The notes below the pieces were generated by a model. The model ran no database searches. It was not told the DNA's origin and worked only from the letters and a program-made list of their open reading frames with translations. The position numbers and the translations under genes were made by a program. From positions 1-51,673 of the forward strand of contig JBEBIF010000001.1 of assembly GCA_040080515.1 (NCBI GenBank): a stretch of DNA of 51,673 bases, in the 5' to 3' direction. This document shows, piece after piece, positions 9,556-17,418 of this stretch. The DNA is from Chitinophagaceae bacterium (lineage in GTDB: Bacteria > Bacteroidota > Bacteroidia > Chitinophagales > Chitinophagaceae). Numbering within the stretch: the stretch's first letter is position 1; each line of letters opens with the position of its first letter.

Positions 9556-9765
9556 TTACTCATGTTCCTTAGATCTACTCGCAGCTCTTAATGTGGCTTG
9601 CTCAATTATCATGTCTATAGCGTCTTGGCTAGCAACCCCTATGACTGAGCATTCAATGCAAATAAATATAGGTGTGGCACCTAAAGCTCCACAACGAAAG
9701 CGCTTACCGCATGAGCAGTGTGGTGCAACTGCATCCATATCTTCCGTAGTTATCATATCAGTCAT
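9556..9765 (-). CDS. Small Zn-ribbon protein
   Basis: CSCG...CIEC; ATGA overlap with helicase. Confidence 0.55.
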   Translation of the reverse strand: MTDMITTEDMDAVAPHCSCGKRFRCGALGATPIFICIECSVIGVASQDAIDMIIEQATLRAASRSKEHE

Positions 9766-11165
9766 GAGAGTCCAAGCATCTTTCGGTTGATCTTGCCTTT
9801 ATATGCGATATCGATATTGCGAGTACGGTCTATGGTATTCACGGCTTCAATGTCAATCACGTTAACAGGATACTTCTGTCCTGCCCTACGGATACGAGCT
9901 ATAGCCTGATCATTAACAGATGGCGACCATGCTTTATCTAACAGAATAACATTGCGGCAAGTATGTTGCATCCCATCAATACCTTCACCACCAGTACCGT
10001 AAGTCATAGCTATGACCTTCTCAAATCCATTCTTGAATCGCTCTAGGTTGCCCTCCCTGATACGATTAGGAACAGAACCTGTATACAGAGTTACATCATC
10101 TGGCATCATCTGTTTCAGTAGATCCAGTGGCTGACTAAACTGTGAGAACAACACAAACTGCTCATCGAAATCCTCAAGATAATCCTTGATCAATTCCAAT
10201 TTAGCTGCTGGCTGAGTCATTCTGTATTTACCAGGTTCAACCTCAGACATATAGCCAATTGCGAATTGCTGTAGTCTAATGAGCTGAGCAATTACAGCAT
10301 TCACAGCTAGCGGAGAATCCTCTCCATCATGAGAATCCACCCATGCTAGCATATCCTGCTCCATGGCATTGTAAGCTGATCGCTGCTTAGCTCCTAGCTC
10401 ACACTCCAGCGTTGTATGGATCATCTCTGGCAACTTGAGACTGGGCACCATAGTATCGTCAATAATAGAAAAGAAGTTGCCAAGTAGGTCTTCTCGCTCC
10501 TTATACCATAGATCAGTTGGAGCACCTAATTGTAGATATGGCCCACTCTCATCTATTTCTATATATCGCCTGACGAACGGCCAGAACGATTTAAAGCTAC
10601 GTGGATACAAATGGTTCAGTAGTGACCAGATATCCTGAGGCTTATTGGGAATAGGTGAGCCTGTAAGATCTGTGGCAAGACGAATCTCTAAATGCTTAGC
10701 TGCTACCGTACGCTGAGACTTACGGTTCTTGAGTCTATGCGCTTCATCCATGATGACATGGGTAAAGCCAAGATCGCGTATCACTTCAATGGGACGCACA
10801 GTCTTGGCTTTACCGAAGCGATCAACGAGAAAGCGCAATGCTTCCCAATGCATCACGTAGTAGTCATAACCATGCTTATAGAAAGCGTTACGATCCTTAG
10901 GGTTCATTCTTAGGATTCGTTCCGATCCTGTCTCGTGCTTCAGAGCCTCAATCCAGTTGGGGTGCACGCCACTAGGGGCCACTACAAGTGTCTTGTAGGA
11001 GTGCTTAGAATCGTACATGGCGCGAAACCTTAGGTCTCGTTCAATGGCGTACAGAGTCTTTCCTGTACCCATCCACCAGCCAGCCCCCACCCTAGGGATG
11101 CGCTCGAACCTGTCAGATAGCTCTAACTGATGAGGCCACAACGGCGTCTTAACTAGCTGCTCCAT
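9762..11165 (-). CDS. SNF2-like (SF2) DNA helicase
   Basis: MGTGKT, IMDEAH, LTGSP, FSQF, GGEGID, QAIARIRRAGQ. Confidence 0.9.
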   Translation of the reverse strand: MEQLVKTPLWPHQLELSDRFERIPRVGAGWWMGTGKTLYAIERDLRFRAMYDSKHSYKTLVVAPSGVHPNWIEALKHETGSERILRMNPKDRNAFYKHGYDYYVMHWEALRFLVDRFGKAKTVRPIEVIRDLGFTHVIMDEAHRLKNRKSQRTVAAKHLEIRLATDLTGSPIPNKPQDIWSLLNHLYPRSFKSFWPFVRRYIEIDESGPYLQLGAPTDLWYKEREDLLGNFFSIIDDTMVPSLKLPEMIHTTLECELGAKQRSAYNAMEQDMLAWVDSHDGEDSPLAVNAVIAQLIRLQQFAIGYMSEVEPGKYRMTQPAAKLELIKDYLEDFDEQFVLFSQFSQPLDLLKQMMPDDVTLYTGSVPNRIREGNLERFKNGFEKVIAMTYGTGGEGIDGMQHTCRNVILLDKAWSPSVNDQAIARIRRAGQKYPVNVIDIEAVNTIDRTRNIDIAYKGKINRKMLGLS

Positions 11166-11167
11166 GA

Positions 11168-11560
11168 TTACAGTTTAATGGTGCATTGGAAGATGTGCAA
11201 GAGAATCGAGAACATCTTGTCAACATCTACACTATCGTAACCTAGTGCGTCTTGAATGGCATCACAGCCTGAACAAGAGCCATAGCCATACCTAGAAATA
11301 TAGATATCATGTTCTGCATACTCAATGAATATGAGAACTATGTCGCCAGAATAATCTCCTATAGAAACAGCTCCAGCATAATCCATATTGGTATAACTCT
11401 TATCATCAGTGTGAAATACCTCATCAATCAAGATCTTCCATAATGACTCAGCGTCTGTGGGGCTCCTCTCATCTTCAAAGTCAGTAGAGTTCCAAGCAAT
11501 AATCCTATCCTTGATTACATCACGCTTGCTATCAAACTTCTCTACTAACTCTTCAATCAT
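11168..11560 (-). CDS. Hypothetical phage protein
   Basis: GDYSGD...YGSCSGCD motif. Confidence 0.65.
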   Translation of the reverse strand: MIEELVEKFDSKRDVIKDRIIAWNSTDFEDERSPTDAESLWKILIDEVFHTDDKSYTNMDYAGAVSIGDYSGDIVLIFIEYAEHDIYISRYGYGSCSGCDAIQDALGYDSVDVDKMFSILLHIFQCTIKL

Positions 11561-11795
11561 TCCAGAGTCATTTCTTCTAGACGTTCGATTAGATCTTTCT
11601 TAATGGTATCAAAGTTGAGACGCTCAACGATCACACCAGGAATAATAATCTCTTTAACCATGGTACGCACAAGTGAACTCTCTCTCTAGGTTCGCTAAAT
11701 GCTCTAAATGTAACATCTCCACTAAGATCACTATTGTGAATGGCTATCCAATAAAGTGGAGTAGCCGCCCCGCGTACTCAACATCTGAGCCAAGG

Positions 11796-11957
11796 TCAGT
11801 AACATGTGACATATTCGTCCCTATTGTTTGCTATCTCAAAGTCAAGAAATCTGATAGGTACACGTTTGTTATCATACATATACCACATACAGATAAGATA
11901 GAGCGTGTAAACGATGATCGCTAGTGCGAACACAGTTACACCGTTTGCTCTATCCAT
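11796..11957 (-). CDS. Small single-pass membrane protein (53 aa)
   Basis: Hand translation MDRANGVTVFALAIIVYTLYLICMWYMYDNKR... Confidence 0.45.
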   Translation of the reverse strand: MDRANGVTVFALAIIVYTLYLICMWYMYDNKRVPIRFLDFEIANNRDEYVTCY

Positions 11958-12045
11958 AAGTACATACTGCCATACTTGGCGATCGTATGCAAGTTATTTA
12001 TTCCATTAGGAAGTCACAGACATTATGTCTATGCGTACATGACTA

Positions 12046-13281
12046 AGCCCTAGGCATCATGAGAAATGCCTAGGGCTAAGCCAAGGTTATTGGCTCTGAG
12101 GCTCAGTGTGTCTCACTAAACCTATCTATTAAGTTGTACCAATAAAGTTGGGCGGTCACAGAAGCAAGCTAAATGGCCTGAAAATGAAACTACTCTATTG
12201 GCTCTGATTATGCTTGCACATAATCATAATGCAGGACAGTAATCCAAATGCGAGTCGCATGGGAAGAGATTAAGGGGAATCCGCAAACCCGTTCACTCAA
12301 GCATTTATAGAATCCACTATACTAGGTCGGACCAGCAGCAGATTCTATCCAGTATGGGTTGGTAACCACACTCTCAGATGGCGACTACTGTACTGCATTA
12401 TAATTATGTAATCTGGGGGCAAGTTGCACCATGGTAGATACAACTTGCCCCCTGCCGCTCGCACAGCCCATCCGCCGATTAGCTGTACGATCAATGGTAG
12501 TGACTACTGTAGACATACGAGCGGTGTAAGTTACAATAGCCACTACCAAACCTCAAGAGTCTAAGCGTGGAACCATATTAAACGGTAACCTCGATTGGTT
12601 GCACAATCTAAGCGAACAAGTCGCCCCATTAACATCTGCAAGGAAACTAACCTCGCCCGATGATAATGCAGAAATACCGTGCAACTAATACGATTCCACG
12701 CTTATATAAACCACACCAATGCTAATTCTACCTGGCGTTCTGCCATTGAACTACTACCGACGAACCTAATCATCGCTAGTTAGGAATCGAACCTAAATTT
12801 CCAAGATATTAGCATAGTGTGGAGTAAAGTTTGGAGACAGTGGTACTTGATCCTTGTGTAATTAGTCCTCGTTTAGACTTACAACACTTTATCGGTGCTC
12901 GTTCCGGACAAGCTGTTGAACTGGTCTGGTTACCGATAATGTGCAGGACGTTCGCACTGTCTCTATCCACTAGTTAGTGACCACAAGATTTAAAATATTC
13001 TTGCACGTTTCCGCCGTCACAGCTAAACGTTGTCCTAGTGGATTCTCTGACCATAGCTATGGAGGATCCTGCCGCAAAGCCGGAACGTTAAAGCTTAAGT
13101 CAGAGACTTCTAATGATTTCAAAGAACAAACAGAACTGGCAGATAATCTCACCAAATGGGGGCAGATAGACAACAACGGATCGAGTCTACCAGTTCTGTA
13201 CGAGCCAACTAATCGCAGTGGCACAATGATTAGCCCAGCAATGGATTTAATCACTGTACTTACTGAAACGGCCGACCCGTT
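12046..13281 (-). ncRNA. Tandem array of structured non-coding RNA modules (polycistronic sRNA cluster or one large ncRNA)
   Basis: No credible ORF. Consecutive self-closing stems at 12046-12077, 12087-12145, 12218-12409, 12415-12452, 12459-12490, 12495-12548, 12562-12704, 12711-12822, 12834-12963, 12965-13043, 13044-13106, 13130-13199, 13209-13233, 13267-13281. Most mismatches are G-U pairs only on the minus strand; upstream promoter present. Confidence 0.8.
12711..12822 (-). ncRNA. Circularly permuted tRNA-like RNA (YrlA/Y-RNA-like topology)
   Basis: Order: closing stem, T arm (TTAGG-TTCGATT-CCTAA), loop-closed acceptor stem, TA, D arm (GTTC-AATGGCA-GAAC), closing stem. Confidence 0.8.
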
Positions 13282-13288
13282 AGAGACA

Positions 13289-13317
13289 ACCCTAATCTGG
13301 CTCGCTGTAGTTGTCAA
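13289..13317 (-). promoter_or_regulatory. Sigma70/SigA-type promoter for the ncRNA array
   Basis: TTGACA (13317-13312), 17 nt, TAGGGT (13294-13289); predicted +1 near 13281. Confidence 0.65.
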
Positions 13318-13362
13318 GCGGTATCGTGGGATATTCCAGATGGGTCACCTAACCACGTCCAA

Positions 13363-13680
13363 CTACTGCTCTTCACTCTCAGTTTCGTATTCGCCGGCCA
13401 CTTCAGTAGCCGCTTCAGCATCCTTACCAGCAGGGCGGGAACCCTGCCAAGTTAGCACTACCATTGCGCTGTTCTCGCACGTAAGATCAACGGCACGCAC
13501 TCCGCCCTTGCTCACACGCACATCACCCAGACCTTCAGTAGCACCCAATCGTGTAGCGATCTCGTTAGCGTGATCCTCGTCCTTACAGGCGAATGAAAGA
13601 ACAGTGAACACATCGGCACCGCTGATCAGAGTCTCGCTAACAAACTCGCGCAGTGGCTCGATATCAATAGACTTACTCAT
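13363..13680 (-). CDS. Hypothetical protein
   Basis: AGGAG RBS; tandem packing. Confidence 0.65.
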   Translation of the reverse strand: MSKSIDIEPLREFVSETLISGADVFTVLSFACKDEDHANEIATRLGATEGLGDVRVSKGGVRAVDLTCENSAMVVLTWQGSRPAGKDAEAATEVAGEYETESEEQ

Positions 13681-13987
13681 TATGATTATGCTCCTGTTGG
13701 ATAGCGTCTTCTACGATTCTTCTACCATAGGCCATTTGATCGGACGACATAGGTTTCCATGTCTTATCCATACCACGTTCGCCTATCTCACGTTCATATA
13801 CTATGCCATTCTTATTAGACTGCACAGCCCATGTATTATCGAGCTTTAAGCATAGTTTATTATCACACAGATAGACACAGATATCCCAATATTCACCACG
13901 CTCTAGGATTCTAGTTTGTGCGCCAACTAGTTGGCCTGGTCTACCACAACTCTCACATTTACAGGCTTCCTCAACCGTTATCGTCAT
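13673..13987 (-). CDS. Zn-ribbon hypothetical protein
   Basis: CESCG...CDNKLC. Confidence 0.6.
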   Translation of the reverse strand: MTITVEEACKCESCGRPGQLVGAQTRILERGEYWDICVYLCDNKLCLKLDNTWAVQSNKNGIVYEREIGERGMDKTWKPMSSDQMAYGRRIVEDAIQQEHNHNE

Positions 13988-14417
13988 GGGACCTCAATGC
14001 CTTTCTATTGACTCCCATAAGAGTACGAAAATCGGCTTCTAATCTATCAACTCTCTTAACCAAATCATTCATTCTACCGTACATAACTTCATTACCAGAT
14101 ACACGCTTGCTAGAAACAGATGCTTCCTTGCTTACCTTGCTGTACCTGAACTCATTGTACAATTCTAGATTTGGTGGCTGAACCAATTGTATTAGTGATG
14201 GATTCTTTGGGCCGTGGCCGGTACGTAGGTACCTGATACATCCAAGGTTGCCGAGAAGATCCCTGACCTGCTGGTAAGACTGATCAGGGACATCCTCGCA
14301 CCCTGTAACTATACCCTTTAAAGAACCCTCGAATATATGACCTTCAGTAGCCTGTCTACCGTTAGCCTCAAGTAGAGCGTAAATAGTACAGGCTCGCTCG
14401 AAAGTCTTAGTTGCCAA
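13971..14417 (-). CDS. Hypothetical protein, possible winged helix plus C-terminal coiled coil
   Basis: YQQVRDLLGNLGCIRY pattern; heptad-like C-terminus. Confidence 0.55.
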   Translation of the reverse strand: MATKTFERACTIYALLEANGRQATEGHIFEGSLKGIVTGCEDVPDQSYQQVRDLLGNLGCIRYLRTGHGPKNPSLIQLVQPPNLELYNEFRYSKVSKEASVSSKRVSGNEVMYGRMNDLVKRVDRLEADFRTLMGVNRKALRSHDDNG

Positions 14418-14913
14418 CCGTGGCTAGCTCCTGAGCACGATCAGCATCGGCCCGTGTCTTAGCGGCTCGTGCGTTCATGAGGGTATAACGGCCGACTCCA
14501 AGAACAACAGTGCTAGCACGCTGAACCAACCGCTCCTGAGCCCCAGCACGCCGCTGAGACTGAGCAACCTGATAGTTCTTAAGCCACTCGATACCCTGCT
14601 CACGATGGATAATAGTACGGCCATCAGTATGGGCAATGGCAGGGAATCCATTAGGCGGAAGCATGACAACTTCACCATCATCCCCCTTAATAGGCTCTTG
14701 AGTCTTAAGGTCCATCTTAGGACGCTCGAAAGCGGCTCTACTCAGGTTGTAGATCTGAGCATCCGTACCTTCATACAGACCATTATGCCGAACGTACAGA
14801 GCGAAATCGCCTGGCAGATCGTAATCCTTATCGATCGGATGACGAACGGCCGGTGGCTTACGCTCCTTAGGGGTCTCGTCCGTCTCAGTCACAATCTTCT
14901 TAGTCCTAGGCAT
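14407..14913 (-). CDS. Hypothetical protein
   Basis: Own promoter and AAGGGA RBS. Confidence 0.65.
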   Translation of the reverse strand: MPRTKKIVTETDETPKERKPPAVRHPIDKDYDLPGDFALYVRHNGLYEGTDAQIYNLSRAAFERPKMDLKTQEPIKGDDGEVVMLPPNGFPAIAHTDGRTIIHREQGIEWLKNYQVAQSQRRAGAQERLVQRASTVVLGVGRYTLMNARAAKTRADADRAQELATVGN

Positions 14914-14950
14914 TCTGTGTTCCCTTTCAGTGGGCTAGTTCGTCTCTGAT

Positions 14951-14979
14951 AGCTTACAGTATTTACTCCTCTATTGCAA
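14951..14979 (-). promoter_or_regulatory. Sigma70-type promoter
   Basis: TTGCAA, 17 nt, TAAGCT. Confidence 0.5.
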
Positions 14980-15415
14980 TAAACATCGACCCATCTGAGG
15001 AATATTTGATGTCATCGACTAGTCCCATCCCTGGAGCATCGGGGCCAGCCGGCTCAGGCTCTGCGGGGTAAGCGTCGTGCTCTGCCTTAGCAGCGGCATA
15101 GGCTTCCTCACTCAGAGGGTACTGAGCCATGAGGCTACCTACCAGGTCGTTACAAGCGCCGAGCAAGCCAGTAAGACTAGTAACGGAATCCATAAAGTCA
15201 ATTACATAATCAGCTAGACCAGGCATCATATCAAATACATTCCTACGTATAAGTCCACCTGATTCTTCAGGACCATATTCGGCCCTATCATAACTAATCT
15301 TCATATCATTCAGACCCTGAAGCACATCACTAATATTGGTAAGATCAGCAGACAAATCCATACTAATAGTGGAGATCATATTATTAAGTTTCTCAACTTC
15401 TCTGTATTGTGTCAT
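14963..15415 (-). CDS. Hypothetical acidic helical protein
   Basis: 150 aa ORF starting 3 nt after the mini-tRNA acceptor stem; no SD visible. Confidence 0.6.
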   Translation of the reverse strand: MTQYREVEKLNNMISTISMDLSADLTNISDVLQGLNDMKISYDRAEYGPEESGGLIRRNVFDMMPGLADYVIDFMDSVTSLTGLLGACNDLVGSLMAQYPLSEEAYAAAKAEHDAYPAEPEPAGPDAPGMGLVDDIKYSSDGSMFIAIEE

Positions 15416-15417
15416 AG

Positions 15418-15458
15418 AGGTATGGATAGGAATCGAACCTACCTACGCCAGCCATACC
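15418..15458 (-). ncRNA. Mini-tRNA-like element (acceptor stem plus T arm; no D stem or anticodon arm)
   Basis: GGTATGG-CTGGCGTAG-GTAGG-TTCGATT-CCTAT-CCATACC-T: 7-bp stem, 5-bp T stem, canonical T loop. Confidence 0.75.
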
Positions 15459-15475
15459 GGTTACTGTTGTTTCAT

Positions 15476-15802
15476 TTAGGCACTCTTACGATTCTTGCCC
15501 TTTGGCTTAGCTTCAGATTCAGTCATACGCATAAGAAAGAAACCGACATGAGCCTTAACAGACTTCATGGTGTTTAGATCCTTAGGATCATTCAACATCT
15601 CGGTATCGTCCACCGGATCGCCAATCTTCTGTCGCTTAGCCCTGCGCTCAGCCTTGATATCGGGGCGGGGCCCAGTGTGGTAGACCTCATAACCCTTGCT
15701 GTTCGGAACGTTCACGACGTGAACCTTCACGATTTCAAACGTGTGCTCACCTTCAGTGTACACGTGGATACCTTCGCCGCTACGATTGAACTTCATTTTC
15801 AC
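15476..15802 (-). CDS. Hypothetical basic protein
   Basis: AAGGAG RBS and a perfect-consensus promoter upstream. Confidence 0.7.
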   Translation of the reverse strand: MKMKFNRSGEGIHVYTEGEHTFEIVKVHVVNVPNSKGYEVYHTGPRPDIKAERRAKRQKIGDPVDDTEMLNDPKDLNTMKSVKAHVGFFLMRMTESEAKPKGKNRKSA

Positions 15803-15830
15803 TCCTTATTGTTGTTCCCTTGTGAGTCCC

Positions 15831-15859
15831 ATTATAAATCCCATACGATCAGATGTCAA
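15831..15859 (-). promoter_or_regulatory. Perfect-consensus sigma70 promoter
   Basis: TTGACA (15859-15854), 17 nt, TATAAT (15836-15831). Confidence 0.85.
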
Positions 15860-16115
15860 TGTATTTCTCTACAATTCTCCACTCCCATGGAGTACGTCCC
15901 TGGCCATTGCCAGCCGTACCCGTGCCAGGGATCTTCTCTATCAATCCCTTGGCCAGTAGCCTACGCATAGCTCCGTGAGTGCCAGGGATGGAGTAGTGAG
16001 CATGATTAGCGATCTCTCTAGCAGTCTTACAACCAGCTTGTAACGCATCTATGACATCGTTATCGAATGCCCATCTAGTGAGCGTATGTCCATCCATACC
16101 AATTAGCTTTGGCAT
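15849..16115 (-). CDS. Winged-helix HTH DNA-binding protein
   Basis: KTAREIA...S...HGAMRRLLAKGLIEK...W. Confidence 0.75.
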   Translation of the reverse strand: MPKLIGMDGHTLTRWAFDNDVIDALQAGCKTAREIANHAHYSIPGTHGAMRRLLAKGLIEKIPGTGTAGNGQGRTPWEWRIVEKYIDI

Positions 16116-16118
16116 CTA

Positions 16119-16391
16119 TCACCAGGGTTCGATATCGATAGCTATACGTTCCATACTGATAGCTCGTAAGGCTTCGATAGTAAGTACTTGTACAGCTTCC
16201 CACATAGACCTAACTTGTCCGGTCTGTACCATTAATCGTGCAAGGCTAGACATAGTGTGTATGTTAGTTTCGTAATTAGTACTATGAGCAAATTTAAATT
16301 CACCTCCCTCAGTAATACCAAAGCAAGTAATGAACACAGTATTATTACGCTCACCTACAGTGTATTGCACTACTTCTCCAATCCAGCACAC
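16119..16391 (-). CDS. Hypothetical protein
   Basis: Tandem ORF. Confidence 0.5.
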   Translation of the reverse strand: MCWIGEVVQYTVGERNNTVFITCFGITEGGEFKFAHSTNYETNIHTMSSLARLMVQTGQVRSMWEAVQVLTIEALRAISMERIAIDIEPW

Positions 16392-16621
16392 TTATTAAAT
16401 TCTTGTTCATCAAAGATCAATGGAGCTTCAGTAAGCACATATTGGCCCATATGGTTAGTAGCTATCTCCTTATGAATTGTCCTAATAACTAATAGCTCAC
16501 ATTGAGAACGTACAGCACAAACACTGAATGCCCATTGATCACGTACATTCCTACCCTCATTAGCTTGAGGCTCAGTCGCCCCTAGTACACGTGCAATAGC
16601 TTGTGCTTCATCATTCGTCAT
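16370..16621 (-). CDS. Hypothetical protein
   Basis: Tandem ORF; FDEQEFNKCAG C-terminus. Confidence 0.55.
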   Translation of the reverse strand: MTNDEAQAIARVLGATEPQANEGRNVRDQWAFSVCAVRSQCELLVIRTIHKEIATNHMGQYVLTEAPLIFDEQEFNKCAGLEK

Positions 16622-17018
16622 TTACATCTGCCTTAGGCCAGTAACGAGCACGTACCATTTCACTCATCACTTTGCAATCACTCAGATTCATAGATTCACC
16701 AGTAAGAATCAAACTTATATGGCGCAGCAACTTAATACGCCTAATCAAATAATTATCGGTATAGTTGCCGTTGGTAGCGTCCACCGGAAAGCATAGATAT
16801 ATAGCATCTGCAATAGTAGTAAAGTCAGGCTTATTTTCACTCTGTTCTTTAATAGCATTTACTAGATTAGCATTATGATCTTCTAGTTCTTTAACATTAT
16901 CTAGAATATCGCTATGGTGCACTCCGATCAATGAAATAAGTTCTCCCACCTTGTCAGGGCGAATCAAACCATTGAAATACGCATTAGCTAATCCTAATAC
17001 ATAATCAGATTGTGTCAT
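16611..17018 (-). CDS. Hypothetical protein; C-terminus loosely resembles L7/L12-CTD-like phage domains
   Basis: IRRIKLLR...G..MNLSDCKVMSE pattern. Confidence 0.5.
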   Translation of the reverse strand: MTQSDYVLGLANAYFNGLIRPDKVGELISLIGVHHSDILDNVKELEDHNANLVNAIKEQSENKPDFTTIADAIYLCFPVDATNGNYTDNYLIRRIKLLRHISLILTGESMNLSDCKVMSEMVRARYWPKADVNDE

Positions 17019-17020
17019 TA

Positions 17021-17344
17021 TTAATCTCCAATCTTGTTGATCATGAACAGAGCAACAGTCTCTGTACCTTCCAGGCTATAACCACAAACCTCACACTTAT
17101 CCTCATTGTGGTTACGCTCCACCTCATCCAAGCAAGCCAGATGAATAGATCCGTGCGTCTCGTACAACGCAGACATACCGTCAGCAGCGGCTACCCAATG
17201 ATCGTCATCGGTGCCGAATACTGAATCATCACAGTAGATCACATAAATCTTGCACGTGACGCACGTGATGATTGTGTCTTCGGGGCGGGTGGTAGTGGTT
17301 CCTTCCATAGGTACTACCTTACTTGATCCTACATCCGATGTCAA
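17021..17344 (-). CDS. Cys/His-rich Zn-binding protein
   Basis: CVTC...IHLAC...CEVC. Confidence 0.5.
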   Translation of the reverse strand: MTSDVGSSKVVPMEGTTTTRPEDTIITCVTCKIYVIYCDDSVFGTDDDHWVAAADGMSALYETHGSIHLACLDEVERNHNEDKCEVCGYSLEGTETVALFMINKIGD

Positions 17345-17418
17345 CTAATAGTTTGAGAATATACAGAACGACCGACCCAATCGGGCCGGCCGCTGTGTCT
17401 TTGTAGTTGTGATCTATA

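Noticed and set aside
12320-12345. GCTGGTCCGA match to the metazoan Y RNA 5' motif, and an SRP domain IV look-alike
   Set aside because: Lies in an apical loop without the partner strand; SRP consensus incomplete; probably chance
12711-12822. Functional permuted tRNA gene matured by splicing
   Set aside because: No bulge-helix-bulge and no reconstructable 7-nt anticodon loop
13060-13090. CGCAAAGCC resembling the c-di-GMP-I riboswitch
   Set aside because: On the non-transcribed strand and lacks the rest of the consensus
12046-13281. CRISPR array or type III antitoxin repeats
   Set aside because: No direct repeat unit; the modules differ in sequence
12977-13573. 198-aa plus-strand ORF and 86-aa minus-strand ORF (13057-13317) over the ncRNA array
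   Set aside because: The first is antisense to the whole arm and overlaps a real gene; the second starts at the TTG of the -35 box; neither looks protein-like
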